55,461 nucleotides of DNA from Pseudomonadota bacterium (GTDB lineage: Bacteria; Pseudomonadota; Gammaproteobacteria; Steroidobacterales; Steroidobacteraceae). Under the pieces are notes generated by a model. It saw nothing but the letters and a program-made list of their open reading frames with translations. It had not been told where the DNA came from and did not search any database. A program made the translations under genes and the position numbers. This document shows, in pieces, positions 43,601 to 50,298 of the stretch (its first letter is position 1; each line of letters opens with the position of its first letter). The stretch lies in assembly GCA_041159695.1 (NCBI GenBank), contig JBEAXT010000043.1:1-55461 (forward strand). The letters run 5' to 3'.

Positions 43601-44428
43601 ATCTCCGGTGAAACGTTTGAACCTTCCGGCGGATTGCAGCAAGAGCGCACCATCACGGAGCGCGAGCTATTTGGTCGCGCGAAGCCGGAGCGGGTTCGTC
43701 GTATGGAGGGCGAAACCGTGTGGTTGATTGGCGAGCACATGTCCGAACCGCTCGCTGCTGCGGCGAAACTGTTTCTCGCCGAGGGCCACGTGGGCAGCAT
43801 CGTGATGCTGACCCGTACCGCTGCCGCAGGCGATGCGATTCGTTTTGCGTTAGGCCGAGCGCTCGGACACGATCGAATTTCTTATATGGCTGTTGGCGAC
43901 GCGCTCGAAGAGGGTATGGATACGGCCTTCCAGAACCACGGCACGCCTGCGGCGGTCGTCTCGACACCGTTCGCCCCGATTCCGCGGGCGCTGTTCGGAA
44001 TCGAAGGAAAAGACCATCTTGCGGCGCCTGAATTCTCCGAACTCATCGAGATGAATCTGACCCACCACTTTCGAGTGGCACGCAAAGTGTCTTTGTTCAA
44101 AGGCGCGCGTCTCATTCTGACGTCACCCGACGTGCCGGCGGGCGGTACGCTCGCGCAGTTTGCGATGGCCAACTTCGTCAAGACCACGCTCCACGCGTTC
44201 ACGGCGACACTTGGCGTCGAAAATGAACGACTGCCGACGGCCGTGCCGGTGAACCAGGTCAATCTCACGCGTCGTATGCGTAGTGAGGAGCCGCGAGACG
44301 CTGCAGAGCAGGCGGAGGAATACGAGCGCTACGCACACGCCGTGTTGCTCGCCGCGGCGCCGATCGTCGAGGCGCAAGAGAGCCGCTATCGGGCGCGAAT
44401 TTATCGAGGTCTTGCGATCACGGTTTAG
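40643..44428 (+). CDS. mcr: bifunctional malonyl-CoA reductase (malonyl-CoA to malonate semialdehyde to 3-hydroxypropionate), with a lysine-rich N-terminal extension
   Basis: About 1261 aa, collinear with my recollection of Chloroflexus Mcr. Shared blocks are LAGKVALVSGAAGNIG (40820-40843), VNNAGSAG, INVSTIFSR, YVVPKSALNA, GIRVNTVYPGPIESQRIRTVF, GKCVLITGGSAGIGGQLGRLLAISGARVML (42485-42508), YLINNAGVAG, GSGYILNVSSYFGGEK, YPNRSDYAVSKAGQRAL, GPEIQINAIAPGPVEGQRL, LTHHFRVARK, TTLHAFTATLGVE and the C-terminus RIYRGLAITV. The ATG at 40643 overlaps the pcs stop (ATGA), with gggag 8 nt upstream. The track start at 40628 is also possible. Confidence 0.9.
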   Translation: MIVRTTKAKKAKKSKPKKPALKVVAPKAKPKRAIKKSAAASPKKQRSRPLRLAGKVALVSGAAGNIGEVIVRRYLEEGARVVMVGRNRAKLEAARTKLLAKTGAPASHAYVLDFDASDSGQARYGVEATMRHFGRIDVLVNNAGSAGPKAPIEKLPLSREELEAMRAAGSTDSETVADAAGNLLGLSWNMVRATAPYLQAGASIINVSTIFSRTKYFGRAAYVVPKSALNAFSKQLALQLGQRGIRVNTVYPGPIESQRIRTVFKAMDQLRKAPDGTTANDFTSTMALSRAEPATGATHSFPSVEDVANTIVFLGSDESQAFSAQGFEVTNGMQVMQESRSTWVSRPELRTVDGTGSTVLVAAGDQVADALTIARIQSGCGARVLLGLGTEEAVQAAATALQDNDADRRIKPVLFDRHRPDTLAASLAAVDPAQALHGAVVLPAFGNWRFKSPLSEASDADVEAFLKGELAGAIGIARELSRLWHRLAPAGVSPRIIFMSNGSDEAGDTYADILRAGIEQLVRVWRDESETQVRSGDRVALEWSNQILRWSNTEENGLLFAGAQAARLLYTKRRVPQVNLYMPSAIVDATGSTRPNFGWIESLMGLHLGKCVLITGGSAGIGGQLGRLLAISGARVMLTARRENQLIDLRDSIVRELEEIGYNRPYERVRILSDIDVADESALVKSVAATLKAFGRIDYLINNAGVAGAEQMAVDLLPEDWRNTLHANLVSNYSLIEKVVPMMKQQGSGYILNVSSYFGGEKYIAVPYPNRSDYAVSKAGQRALVENLARFVGPEIQINAIAPGPVEGQRLKGKDGKAGLFDRRAKLILENKRLNQLHGAVLKALADGATLDAVLGAMCTNDIGLLQSPEVPAALRELCIKLKAEPNGSEEPTYSSMHYLMTRPMATRLIARLRNGCLMPQLIHHDLAEKWILDLPVPPEPFVDPARIEAEAEKIRNGVIGMLHLNRMPTETDVALATVFFMADRAISGETFEPSGGLQQERTITERELFGRAKPERVRRMEGETVWLIGEHMSEPLAAAAKLFLAEGHVGSIVMLTRTAAAGDAIRFALGRALGHDRISYMAVGDALEEGMDTAFQNHGTPAAVVSTPFAPIPRALFGIEGKDHLAAPEFSELIEMNLTHHFRVARKVSLFKGARLILTSPDVPAGGTLAQFAMANFVKTTLHAFTATLGVENERLPTAVPVNQVNLTRRMRSEEPRDAAEQAEEYERYAHAVLLAAAPIVEAQESRYRARIYRGLAITV
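40790..42440 (+). other. Mcr N-terminal half: SDR-type malonate-semialdehyde (alcohol-forming) reductase region (boundaries approximate)
   Basis: It has a Rossmann motif SGAAGNIG and a YxxxK motif (YVVPK). Function is assigned by analogy with the dissected Chloroflexus enzyme. Confidence 0.6.
42441..44425 (+). other. Mcr C-terminal half: SDR-type CoA-acylating malonyl-CoA (aldehyde-forming) reductase region (boundaries approximate)
   Basis: It has a Rossmann motif TGGSAGIGG and a YxxxK motif (YAVSK). Function is assigned by analogy with the dissected Chloroflexus enzyme. Confidence 0.6.
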
Positions 44429-44443
44429 GCAAGATTGCGCGCC

Positions 44444-45097
44444 ATGAAGATCGAAGTCGTACCCGTCACGGCCTTTCAGCAGAACTGCAGCATCGTCTGG
44501 TGCGAACGCACTCGGCAAGCAGCGGTGGTCGATCCGGGGGGTGAGCTCGACCGTATTTTGGACGTGGTTCGGCGTCATGGCCTGACCCTTCAAAAAATCT
44601 TGATCACTCACGCGCATCTCGATCATGCCGGGGCGACGGCAGAACTCGCCGAGCGTCTTTTACTCCCGATCGAGGGACCCCAGGCGGACGATCAATTCTG
44701 GATCGACCAAATGCCTGCGCAGGCGAAGATGTTCGGCTTTCCGCCCTCGGATCGATTCACGCCCGATCGATGGCTGGTGGATGGTGATCGGGTCAACGTG
44801 GGGGAGGTCGAGTTCGAGGTGCTGCACTGTCCCGGACATACGCCTGGACACGTTGTGTTCTTCCAGCGCGAGTCACGCTTCGCGATCGTCGGCGACGTGA
44901 TCTTCGCCGGATCCATCGGTCGAACGGATTTTCCTCGGGGCAATCACGATCAGTTGTTGCACTCGATTCGGGATCACCTCTTTCCGCTCGGCGATGACGT
45001 CACTTTCTTGCCCGGTCATGGACCGACGTCAACTTTCGGCGCGGAGCGACAAAGCAATCCGTTCGTCGCCGATCGCTTGTTTGCGGGACGTCGTTAA
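44444..45097 (+). CDS. MBL-fold metallo-hydrolase, YcbL/GloC-like (glyoxalase II-type thioester hydrolase)
   Basis: 217 aa from ATG 44444 with [29 protein letters not shown] and PGHGP. It starts 15 nt after the mcr stop on the same strand. Confidence 0.8.
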   Translation: MKIEVVPVTAFQQNCSIVWCERTRQAAVVDPGGELDRILDVVRRHGLTLQKILITHAHLDHAGATAELAERLLLPIEGPQADDQFWIDQMPAQAKMFGFPPSDRFTPDRWLVDGDRVNVGEVEFEVLHCPGHTPGHVVFFQRESRFAIVGDVIFAGSIGRTDFPRGNHDQLLHSIRDHLFPLGDDVTFLPGHGPTSTFGAERQSNPFVADRLFAGRR

Positions 45098-45990
45098 GTC
45101 GTCGGCAGGTAGTGATCGACCAACAACGCGACGAAAAGCCACATCAGATAGGAGATGGAGAATTTGAAGATCTTCATCGGCAGTTCTGCGCGATCCGTCA
45201 GCTTCAGTGCGAAGGCGTAATACAGAAAACGCGCATTGAGTACGAGCACAGCCGCAAGATAGATCAGACCGCTCATGCCCGAAATCCAGGGCATCAGTGT
45301 CACCAAGACCAGCAACACCGTATAGAGCAAGACCTGCAAACGCGTGTAGGGGATGCCGTGGGTAACCGGAAGCATCGGGATACCCGCGTTGGCATACTCG
45401 TCGCGCCGCGCGATCGCGAGTGCCCAGAAGTGTGGCGGCGTCCAAATGAAGATAATGAGAAACAGCAGGAGCGCGTTGGGCTCGATGGAGTTGGTGACGG
45501 CTGCCCAACCGAGGACGGGTGGGGCAGCCCCCGCTGCACCACCGATCACGATGTTTTGCGACGTCGCTCGTTTGAGAAAGACCGTGTAGATCACGGCGTA
45601 GCCGATGAGTGAGGCGAAGGTTAGCACCGCGGTGAGTGGATTCACGAGGAACCACAGGATGACCATCGAGAGGGCACCTAGCACGAATGCAAAGCCCAGT
45701 GCCTGGGAGGTTTTCAGCGTGCCTCGCGGTAGCGGTCTACCGCGTGTTCGTGACATCTGCTCGTCAATTTTTTGATCGAGCACATGATTGATGGCTGCGG
45801 CACAGGCTGACGCGAGTGCGATACCGAGATTTCCCCAGATCAGCGCATCGAGGGGCGGCATTCCGGGGCTCGAGAGGAGCGTACCGACGATCGCGGTGAA
45901 CACGATGAGAGCTACGACCTTTGGTTTGGTGAGCTCGAAATAGAGCTTCCACACCGGACGTGCGGCCACAGTTGAGGCGGAAGTCGACAT
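45094..45990 (-). CDS. cyoE: protoheme IX farnesyltransferase (heme O synthase)
   Basis: 298 aa, a UbiA-fold polytopic protein with [15 protein letters not shown]..iD..M.RT..RPLP and the [10 protein letters not shown] motif. It is the last gene of the cox assembly cluster. Confidence 0.93.
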   Translation of the reverse strand: MSTSASTVAARPVWKLYFELTKPKVVALIVFTAIVGTLLSSPGMPPLDALIWGNLGIALASACAAAINHVLDQKIDEQMSRTRGRPLPRGTLKTSQALGFAFVLGALSMVILWFLVNPLTAVLTFASLIGYAVIYTVFLKRATSQNIVIGGAAGAAPPVLGWAAVTNSIEPNALLLFLIIFIWTPPHFWALAIARRDEYANAGIPMLPVTHGIPYTRLQVLLYTVLLVLVTLMPWISGMSGLIYLAAVLVLNARFLYYAFALKLTDRAELPMKIFKFSISYLMWLFVALLVDHYLPTT

Positions 45991-45992
45991 GA

Positions 45993-47039
45993 TCAGGCTT
46001 CTCTTAGGCGCCGATTGAGCAGAATCAGCGACATCATGAGCAACGCCGCCCCGGCGTTATGACCCGCCGCGAGCGATAAGGGGAACGCCTTGAGAATCAT
46101 CAAGAACGCGACGAGCAACTGAATACCGAGAGCGCCGACGGCCCAGTATCCGGCTCGACGCACGAGATCGGTGGGTGCTCGACGTATCGCGAGCCAGGCC
46201 GCAAACAGCACGGCGAGAGAGGCGACGATCGCGCCGAGGCGATGCGTGAAATGGATGGCCACCCGCGCCGGATGCTCAAGTACGCCGCCGGTGTAGTTGA
46301 TGTCGAGCCCTCGCCAGAGAACGAACGCTTCGCTGAAATCCATTCCTTCGGGCCACCATTGCTGTTGGCACTTCGGTAAATCGGGACACGCGACAGCGGC
46401 GTAGTTACTGCTGGTCCAGCCGCCGAGCATGATCTGGAATGCCACGATGACGGTGGCGATGACCGCCATACGCCGCGCACCGTCGAGCGTTGCGTTACGT
46501 GTTGCACCGGGCACAGGCTCGACGAGCCGTGTCGTACGACGCATGTTGAGCCACATCCACAAGAGAAGCGACAACGTCGTAAGACCGCCAACGAGGTGTA
46601 ATACGACAACGAGTGGCTTCACCAACCACCACACCGTGAAAGCACCCAGCGCGCCTTGCAGCACGACGACGACGAGCAAAGAAACCGCCAGCGGAATACT
46701 GACGGGGCGCTCGCGTCGATAAGCGATCGCGATCGCGGTAATCAGTACGATGATGAAACCCAACGCGGTTGCCGCGTAGCGATGGATCATTTCGCGCCAT
46801 GCTTTCCCAGAGTCGTATTCCCAGCCCGGCGAGTACGACTCGATTTTTCCCTCGTTGCGCTCGGCGCCTGCAGGCGTGACGTGTCCGTAGCAGCCCGGCC
46901 AATCGGGACAGCCGAGACCCGCATCCGTCAGTCTCACCCACGCACCGAGGACGATGACGACGAGACATAGCGCAACGCCGAGCAGCGCCAGTCGTCGAAC
47001 AGTGACGGCGCCTCGAGGAATGGAAGTCGATATGGACAT
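45993..47039 (-). CDS. ctaA: heme A synthase (COX15/CtaA)
   Basis: 348 aa with eight TM helices, [12 protein letters not shown], and conserved His residues in HR..A and HL.GG contexts. Confidence 0.88.
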   Translation of the reverse strand: MSISTSIPRGAVTVRRLALLGVALCLVVIVLGAWVRLTDAGLGCPDWPGCYGHVTPAGAERNEGKIESYSPGWEYDSGKAWREMIHRYAATALGFIIVLITAIAIAYRRERPVSIPLAVSLLVVVVLQGALGAFTVWWLVKPLVVVLHLVGGLTTLSLLLWMWLNMRRTTRLVEPVPGATRNATLDGARRMAVIATVIVAFQIMLGGWTSSNYAAVACPDLPKCQQQWWPEGMDFSEAFVLWRGLDINYTGGVLEHPARVAIHFTHRLGAIVASLAVLFAAWLAIRRAPTDLVRRAGYWAVGALGIQLLVAFLMILKAFPLSLAAGHNAGAALLMMSLILLNRRLREA

Positions 47040-47045
47040 GGATGA

Positions 47046-47657
47046 TCAGCCGATGTGTGAAAGCTTGAGGAGTTTTTCGAGATCTTGCAGAAGCCCCTTC
47101 GGATTCTGGGTCGAGTCGAAGCGCATCATGAGGTTACCGAGCGGATCGACGACGAAAATATAAGGCGTCTTCCCCGACGTATCGCGCGGGAATTGATCGA
47201 GCCATGCGCGTGCCGCCTCATCGGTAGCCCGAAGCGTTTCGAGTCCTGAATGCTCGGCGTTGAGGAACGCCGTATCACAACAATTACGCTCCGCAACGAA
47301 CACGCGTTGGACACGGTCCATGTCCTCGGCAAGCAATAGACGGGTTTGACGGATAGTCCAAAGGGCTTGGCGACACGTCGTGTCACATGCGCCATCGTCG
47401 ATGTACAGCAACGTCCATTTGCTTTTGAACAATTCTTCGGATGTTGCAGAGCCATCGATATTGACTAGAGGGCTCGCTGCGAGTGGTCTCGCGGGTGAAA
47501 TCAGTTCGCCATGATTGGTGCTCCCCGCAGGGCGCCACCCTCCGGCGTAGTACAACCAGAACGCACCCAAGAGCGGAAGAAAGAAAAGCGCAGCAAGGCC
47601 GATCAGCGCACCCCGACCCGAGTTTGGTGAGTGAACATTTTTAGTGTCAGTCGTCAT
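47046..47657 (-). CDS. thioredoxin-fold SCO1/SenC-like cytochrome oxidase assembly protein (family assignment tentative)
   Basis: About 203 aa from ATG 47657, which overlaps the SURF1 stop (ATGA). It has an N-terminal TM anchor and a CxxxC motif (LLYIDDGACDTTC). It occupies the same position as the hypothetical gene between SURF1 and COX15 in Pseudomonas-type cox clusters. Confidence 0.6.
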   Translation of the reverse strand: MTTDTKNVHSPNSGRGALIGLAALFFLPLLGAFWLYYAGGWRPAGSTNHGELISPARPLAASPLVNIDGSATSEELFKSKWTLLYIDDGACDTTCRQALWTIRQTRLLLAEDMDRVQRVFVAERNCCDTAFLNAEHSGLETLRATDEAARAWLDQFPRDTSGKTPYIFVVDPLGNLMMRFDSTQNPKGLLQDLEKLLKLSHIG

Positions 47658-48403
47658 TCCGTATCTCGTTTCTTCAAATTCATGATCACGAACAACACCA
47701 GCAGCAGTACGGCAAAACTCCACCATTGAATCGCATATGACCAGTTTTGCTCTGGGCCCTTTGCGTAGGGCTTCCAGTCGCGCCGGTAACCATCGGGTGC
47801 TGAAGCATCGAGCAACAAGACCCGTGACTCAAGACGCTTAGAGTCGACTCCCAGAGACCGAGCGAGTTCCGCAGGCTGCGGATACGCAGTCACTCGCGGC
47901 CAGTTGCCCGAAAGCGCAGGCGCGGCCCGCCCACCCGCGAGGCCGGCGACGGGCAGCTCGTCCAGCAGACCCGAGACTCGCACCGCCCCCTCCGTCGACG
48001 TCAGGCGAACCTCGGGCAAACGATCGCGATAGCCTTCGAACGGAACCCAACCTCGATTCACCATCAGCCAACGCCCATCCGCGAGCTGCAGCGGCGTCAG
48101 TACCTCGTATCCGGCTCGACCATCGCGCGTCCGATTGTCGAGCAAAAATTGTCGCGAGCCGTCCCATTCGCCACCGACGTCGATCCGCGTGTAGCGCGGC
48201 AAAGCGCTCGTCGCGCTCGCGCCTAACGTTACGATGCGATCCGAGCTCGCGGCGAACTCTGCTCCGAGCTGCTGCTTGAACTCCGCCCGCCCCCATTGCC
48301 ATCTGCCGAGGCTGATGAAGAGCACGAGCAGCAACAAGGTGATGACGGTCATCAGCCACGACGGAGAAAAAACCCTGCGGCCAACGGCGATTCGGAGCGG
48401 CAC
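47654..48403 (-). CDS. SURF1 family cytochrome oxidase biogenesis protein
   Basis: 249 aa with N- and C-terminal TM helices and the blocks GRWQWGRAEFKQ, GYEVLTPL, VNRGWVP and YAIQWWSFA. Confidence 0.85.
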   Translation of the reverse strand: MPLRIAVGRRVFSPSWLMTVITLLLLVLFISLGRWQWGRAEFKQQLGAEFAASSDRIVTLGASATSALPRYTRIDVGGEWDGSRQFLLDNRTRDGRAGYEVLTPLQLADGRWLMVNRGWVPFEGYRDRLPEVRLTSTEGAVRVSGLLDELPVAGLAGGRAAPALSGNWPRVTAYPQPAELARSLGVDSKRLESRVLLLDASAPDGYRRDWKPYAKGPEQNWSYAIQWWSFAVLLLVLFVIMNLKKRDTE

Positions 48404-48421
48404 GGCTCTATAATAACGGTT

Positions 48422-48634
48422 GTGGAACTCTTTCGGCTTTTTGTCGGCATCGTCTTGCTAGGCATCGTCTTCAGCCTGGGATCGGCGCTGTTTCATCTCA
48501 TGACCGACAAAGGCGATTCCAAGAAAATGGTCCGCGCGCTCACGGTCCGAGTCGCCCTGTCCGTCGGTCTTTTTTTGCTGCTCATGGCGGCGTGGGCACT
48601 AGGACTCATTCAACCCCTCGGCATGAGTCGCTAA
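48422..48634 (+). CDS. twin transmembrane helix small protein (DUF2909-like)
   Basis: 70 aa from GTG 48422 with two TM helices separated by LMTDKGDSKKMVRALTVR. It has the same opposite-strand position as the small gene in the Pseudomonas cox cluster. The upstream part of the track ORF overlaps SURF1 and is acidic junk. Confidence 0.7.
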   Translation: MELFRLFVGIVLLGIVFSLGSALFHLMTDKGDSKKMVRALTVRVALSVGLFLLLMAAWALGLIQPLGMSR

Positions 48635-48640
48635 AAGCAA

Positions 48641-48662
48641 ACGGGCCGGTTTCCCGGCCCGT
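48641..48662 (-). terminator. rho-independent terminator downstream of coxC (a second hairpin lies at 48676-48693)
   Basis: acgggccgg-tttc-ccggcccgt forms a 9-bp GC-rich stem. On the minus strand it is followed by TTGCTTTT. An upstream stem cgtggcg/cgccacg lies at 48676-48693. It may also stop the convergent small plus-strand gene. Confidence 0.55.
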
Positions 48663-48700
48663 CGCAACATCGAAGCGTGGCGGAGCCGCCACGGTGATCG

Positions 48701-49588
48701 TCAGACCCAGTAGACGAACACGAACAATCCGAGCCACACCACGTCGACGAAGTGCCAATACCAGGCCACTGCTTCGAAGCCGAAGTGTCGCTGTGGCGTG
48801 AAGTGTCCCTTCATCGTCCGGAACCAGATCACGAGCAACATGATGGCACCGAGCGTCACGTGCACGCCGTGGAAGCCGGTGAGCATGAAGAACGTCGAGC
48901 CGTAAATACCCGTCGACAGCGTAAGTCCGAGCTCCGTGTAGGCGTGGACGTATTCGTACGCCTGAAGTCCCACGAACAGGAAGCCGAGCAGGAAGGTCGC
49001 TGCTAAGAAAATATTGAGGATCTTTCGATTCCCTTCTTTCAGTGCGTGGTGAGCGATGGTGATCGTCACGCCCGAGAGCAGCAGAATGGCTGTGTTGATG
49101 GCCGGCAATCCGAAGGCCGGAATGGTTTCGAACGAACCGTCTTCACGCGTACCGAGCGCCGCCGGGCCGTTGGTCGGCCACGTGGCGTTGTAATCCTGGA
49201 ACAAGAGCAATTTGTTGAAGATTTTCACGCCTTCGCCGCCGATCCAGGGCACCGAGAGCTGTCGAGCGTAGAAAAGCGCCCCGAAGAATGCTGCGAAGAA
49301 CATGACCTCGGAGAAGATGAACCACAACATGCCCATGCGGAACGACTTGTCGACCTGCAGGTTGTACATGCCGCGCTGATGCTCGTTGATGACGACGGCA
49401 AACCAGCCGACGAACAACGCGATAAGCATGACGATGCCGATGGCGAAGACCCAAGGGCCGTACCAATGATTGAGCCATCCGCACAGGCCGATCATGAACA
49501 CGAACAGCGTCAGTGATCCGAAAATCGGCCACGGGCTCTCGTGAGGAACGTAATACTTGTCGGCAGCGTGTTCGGCAGCGTTGGCCAT
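48701..49588 (-). CDS. ctaE: cytochrome c oxidase subunit III
   Basis: 295 aa with seven TM helices and the blocks HESPWPI, FFMLTGFHGVHVTLG and WYWHFVDVVWL. Confidence 0.93.
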   Translation of the reverse strand: MANAAEHAADKYYVPHESPWPIFGSLTLFVFMIGLCGWLNHWYGPWVFAIGIVMLIALFVGWFAVVINEHQRGMYNLQVDKSFRMGMLWFIFSEVMFFAAFFGALFYARQLSVPWIGGEGVKIFNKLLLFQDYNATWPTNGPAALGTREDGSFETIPAFGLPAINTAILLLSGVTITIAHHALKEGNRKILNIFLAATFLLGFLFVGLQAYEYVHAYTELGLTLSTGIYGSTFFMLTGFHGVHVTLGAIMLLVIWFRTMKGHFTPQRHFGFEAVAWYWHFVDVVWLGLFVFVYWV

Positions 49589-49598
49589 GATGATTTTC

Positions 49599-50150
49599 CT
49601 AGTTCAGCGCGGCGACCCGCGTCGAGTTATCGTAAAAAACGTAAGACAAAGTCACTCGATCGATGCTTTTCGGCAGGTTAGGGTCGATCACGAACCGCAC
49701 CGGCATCACACGCTCTTCGTCTTTCGAAAAATTCTGCGGGATGAAACAAAAGCACTCAGTCTTGCGAAAGAACGCCGTGGCCTTGCTCGGCGCGACATTG
49801 GGAATGGCCTGAGCGACGGTGTCTCGTCCGGTCAGGTTGCGAGCGACGTAATCGATTTCGTAGAGCCGCCCTGGATTCACTTTCATTTCGGCGATGACCG
49901 GGCGGAACTCCCAGCTGCCGACCGTCGGCAAGTCTGCTACGAACTCGACGGTCACCAGCCGGGACTCGTCGTGCTCGATCGTCTGCACGTTGGAGGCGCG
50001 CAGCAGATCTTTGGGATTACCCACACCCGTGATGTCGCAAATGACGTCGTACAGCGGGACCAGGGCAAATCCGAAAGCGAAAGCGCCCGCTGCAAAGCCG
50101 AGTAGGCGCAAGGTTAGACGACGATTATTTTGTTCGCGGGACTCGTTCAT
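49599..50150 (-). CDS. ctaG: cytochrome c oxidase assembly protein CtaG/Cox11
   Basis: 183 aa with a TM anchor, the [11 protein letters not shown] copper-binding CxC-context region, and KTECFCF. Confidence 0.9.
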   Translation of the reverse strand: MNESREQNNRRLTLRLLGFAAGAFAFGFALVPLYDVICDITGVGNPKDLLRASNVQTIEHDESRLVTVEFVADLPTVGSWEFRPVIAEMKVNPGRLYEIDYVARNLTGRDTVAQAIPNVAPSKATAFFRKTECFCFIPQNFSKDEERVMPVRFVIDPNLPKSIDRVTLSYVFYDNSTRVAALN

Positions 50151-50275
50151 TGCCGGAGGCCCAACACGGACATCAGGATGAAGGCCAAGTAGAAGCCGAA
50201 GGCGACGAGCCCCAGCACGATCGCTGAGCGTTTGACTCGACGACTACGTTCGGCTTCGGGCGACTCGGCATCCAT
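50147..50275 (-). CDS. small single-TM protein between ctaD and ctaG (cytochrome oxidase small assembly protein-like)
   Basis: 42 aa from ATG 50275 ([42 protein letters not shown]). Its stop overlaps the ctaG ATG (ATGA). The upstream part of the track ORF overlaps ctaD. Confidence 0.5.
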   Translation of the reverse strand: MDAESPEAERSRRVKRSAIVLGLVAFGFYLAFILMSVLGLRQ

Positions 50276-50298
50276 GGGGCGACGTCCTCGGTGGGTGC

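Noticed and set aside
35151-44428. Reading the two giant ORFs as an NRPS/PKS-type megasynthase locus
   Set aside because: I saw no carrier-protein (DSL/GGxS), condensation (HHxxxDG), ketosynthase or acyltransferase motifs. The domain order is CoA ligase, crotonase, MDR reductase, then a double SDR. The specific sequence blocks fit Pcs and Mcr instead.
35071-45097. Calling the pcs-mcr-hydrolase block a mobile genomic island
   Set aside because: No integrase, transposase, tRNA target or flanking direct repeats are visible. I could not compute composition, so horizontal origin stays a hypothesis, not a mobile_element feature.
48409-48414. TATAAT hexamer as an annotated promoter feature
   Set aside because: There is no acceptable -35 element at 17 +/- 1 nt, and it lies only 7 nt from the GTG. 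I mention it in a finding but there is not enough support to list it as a feature.
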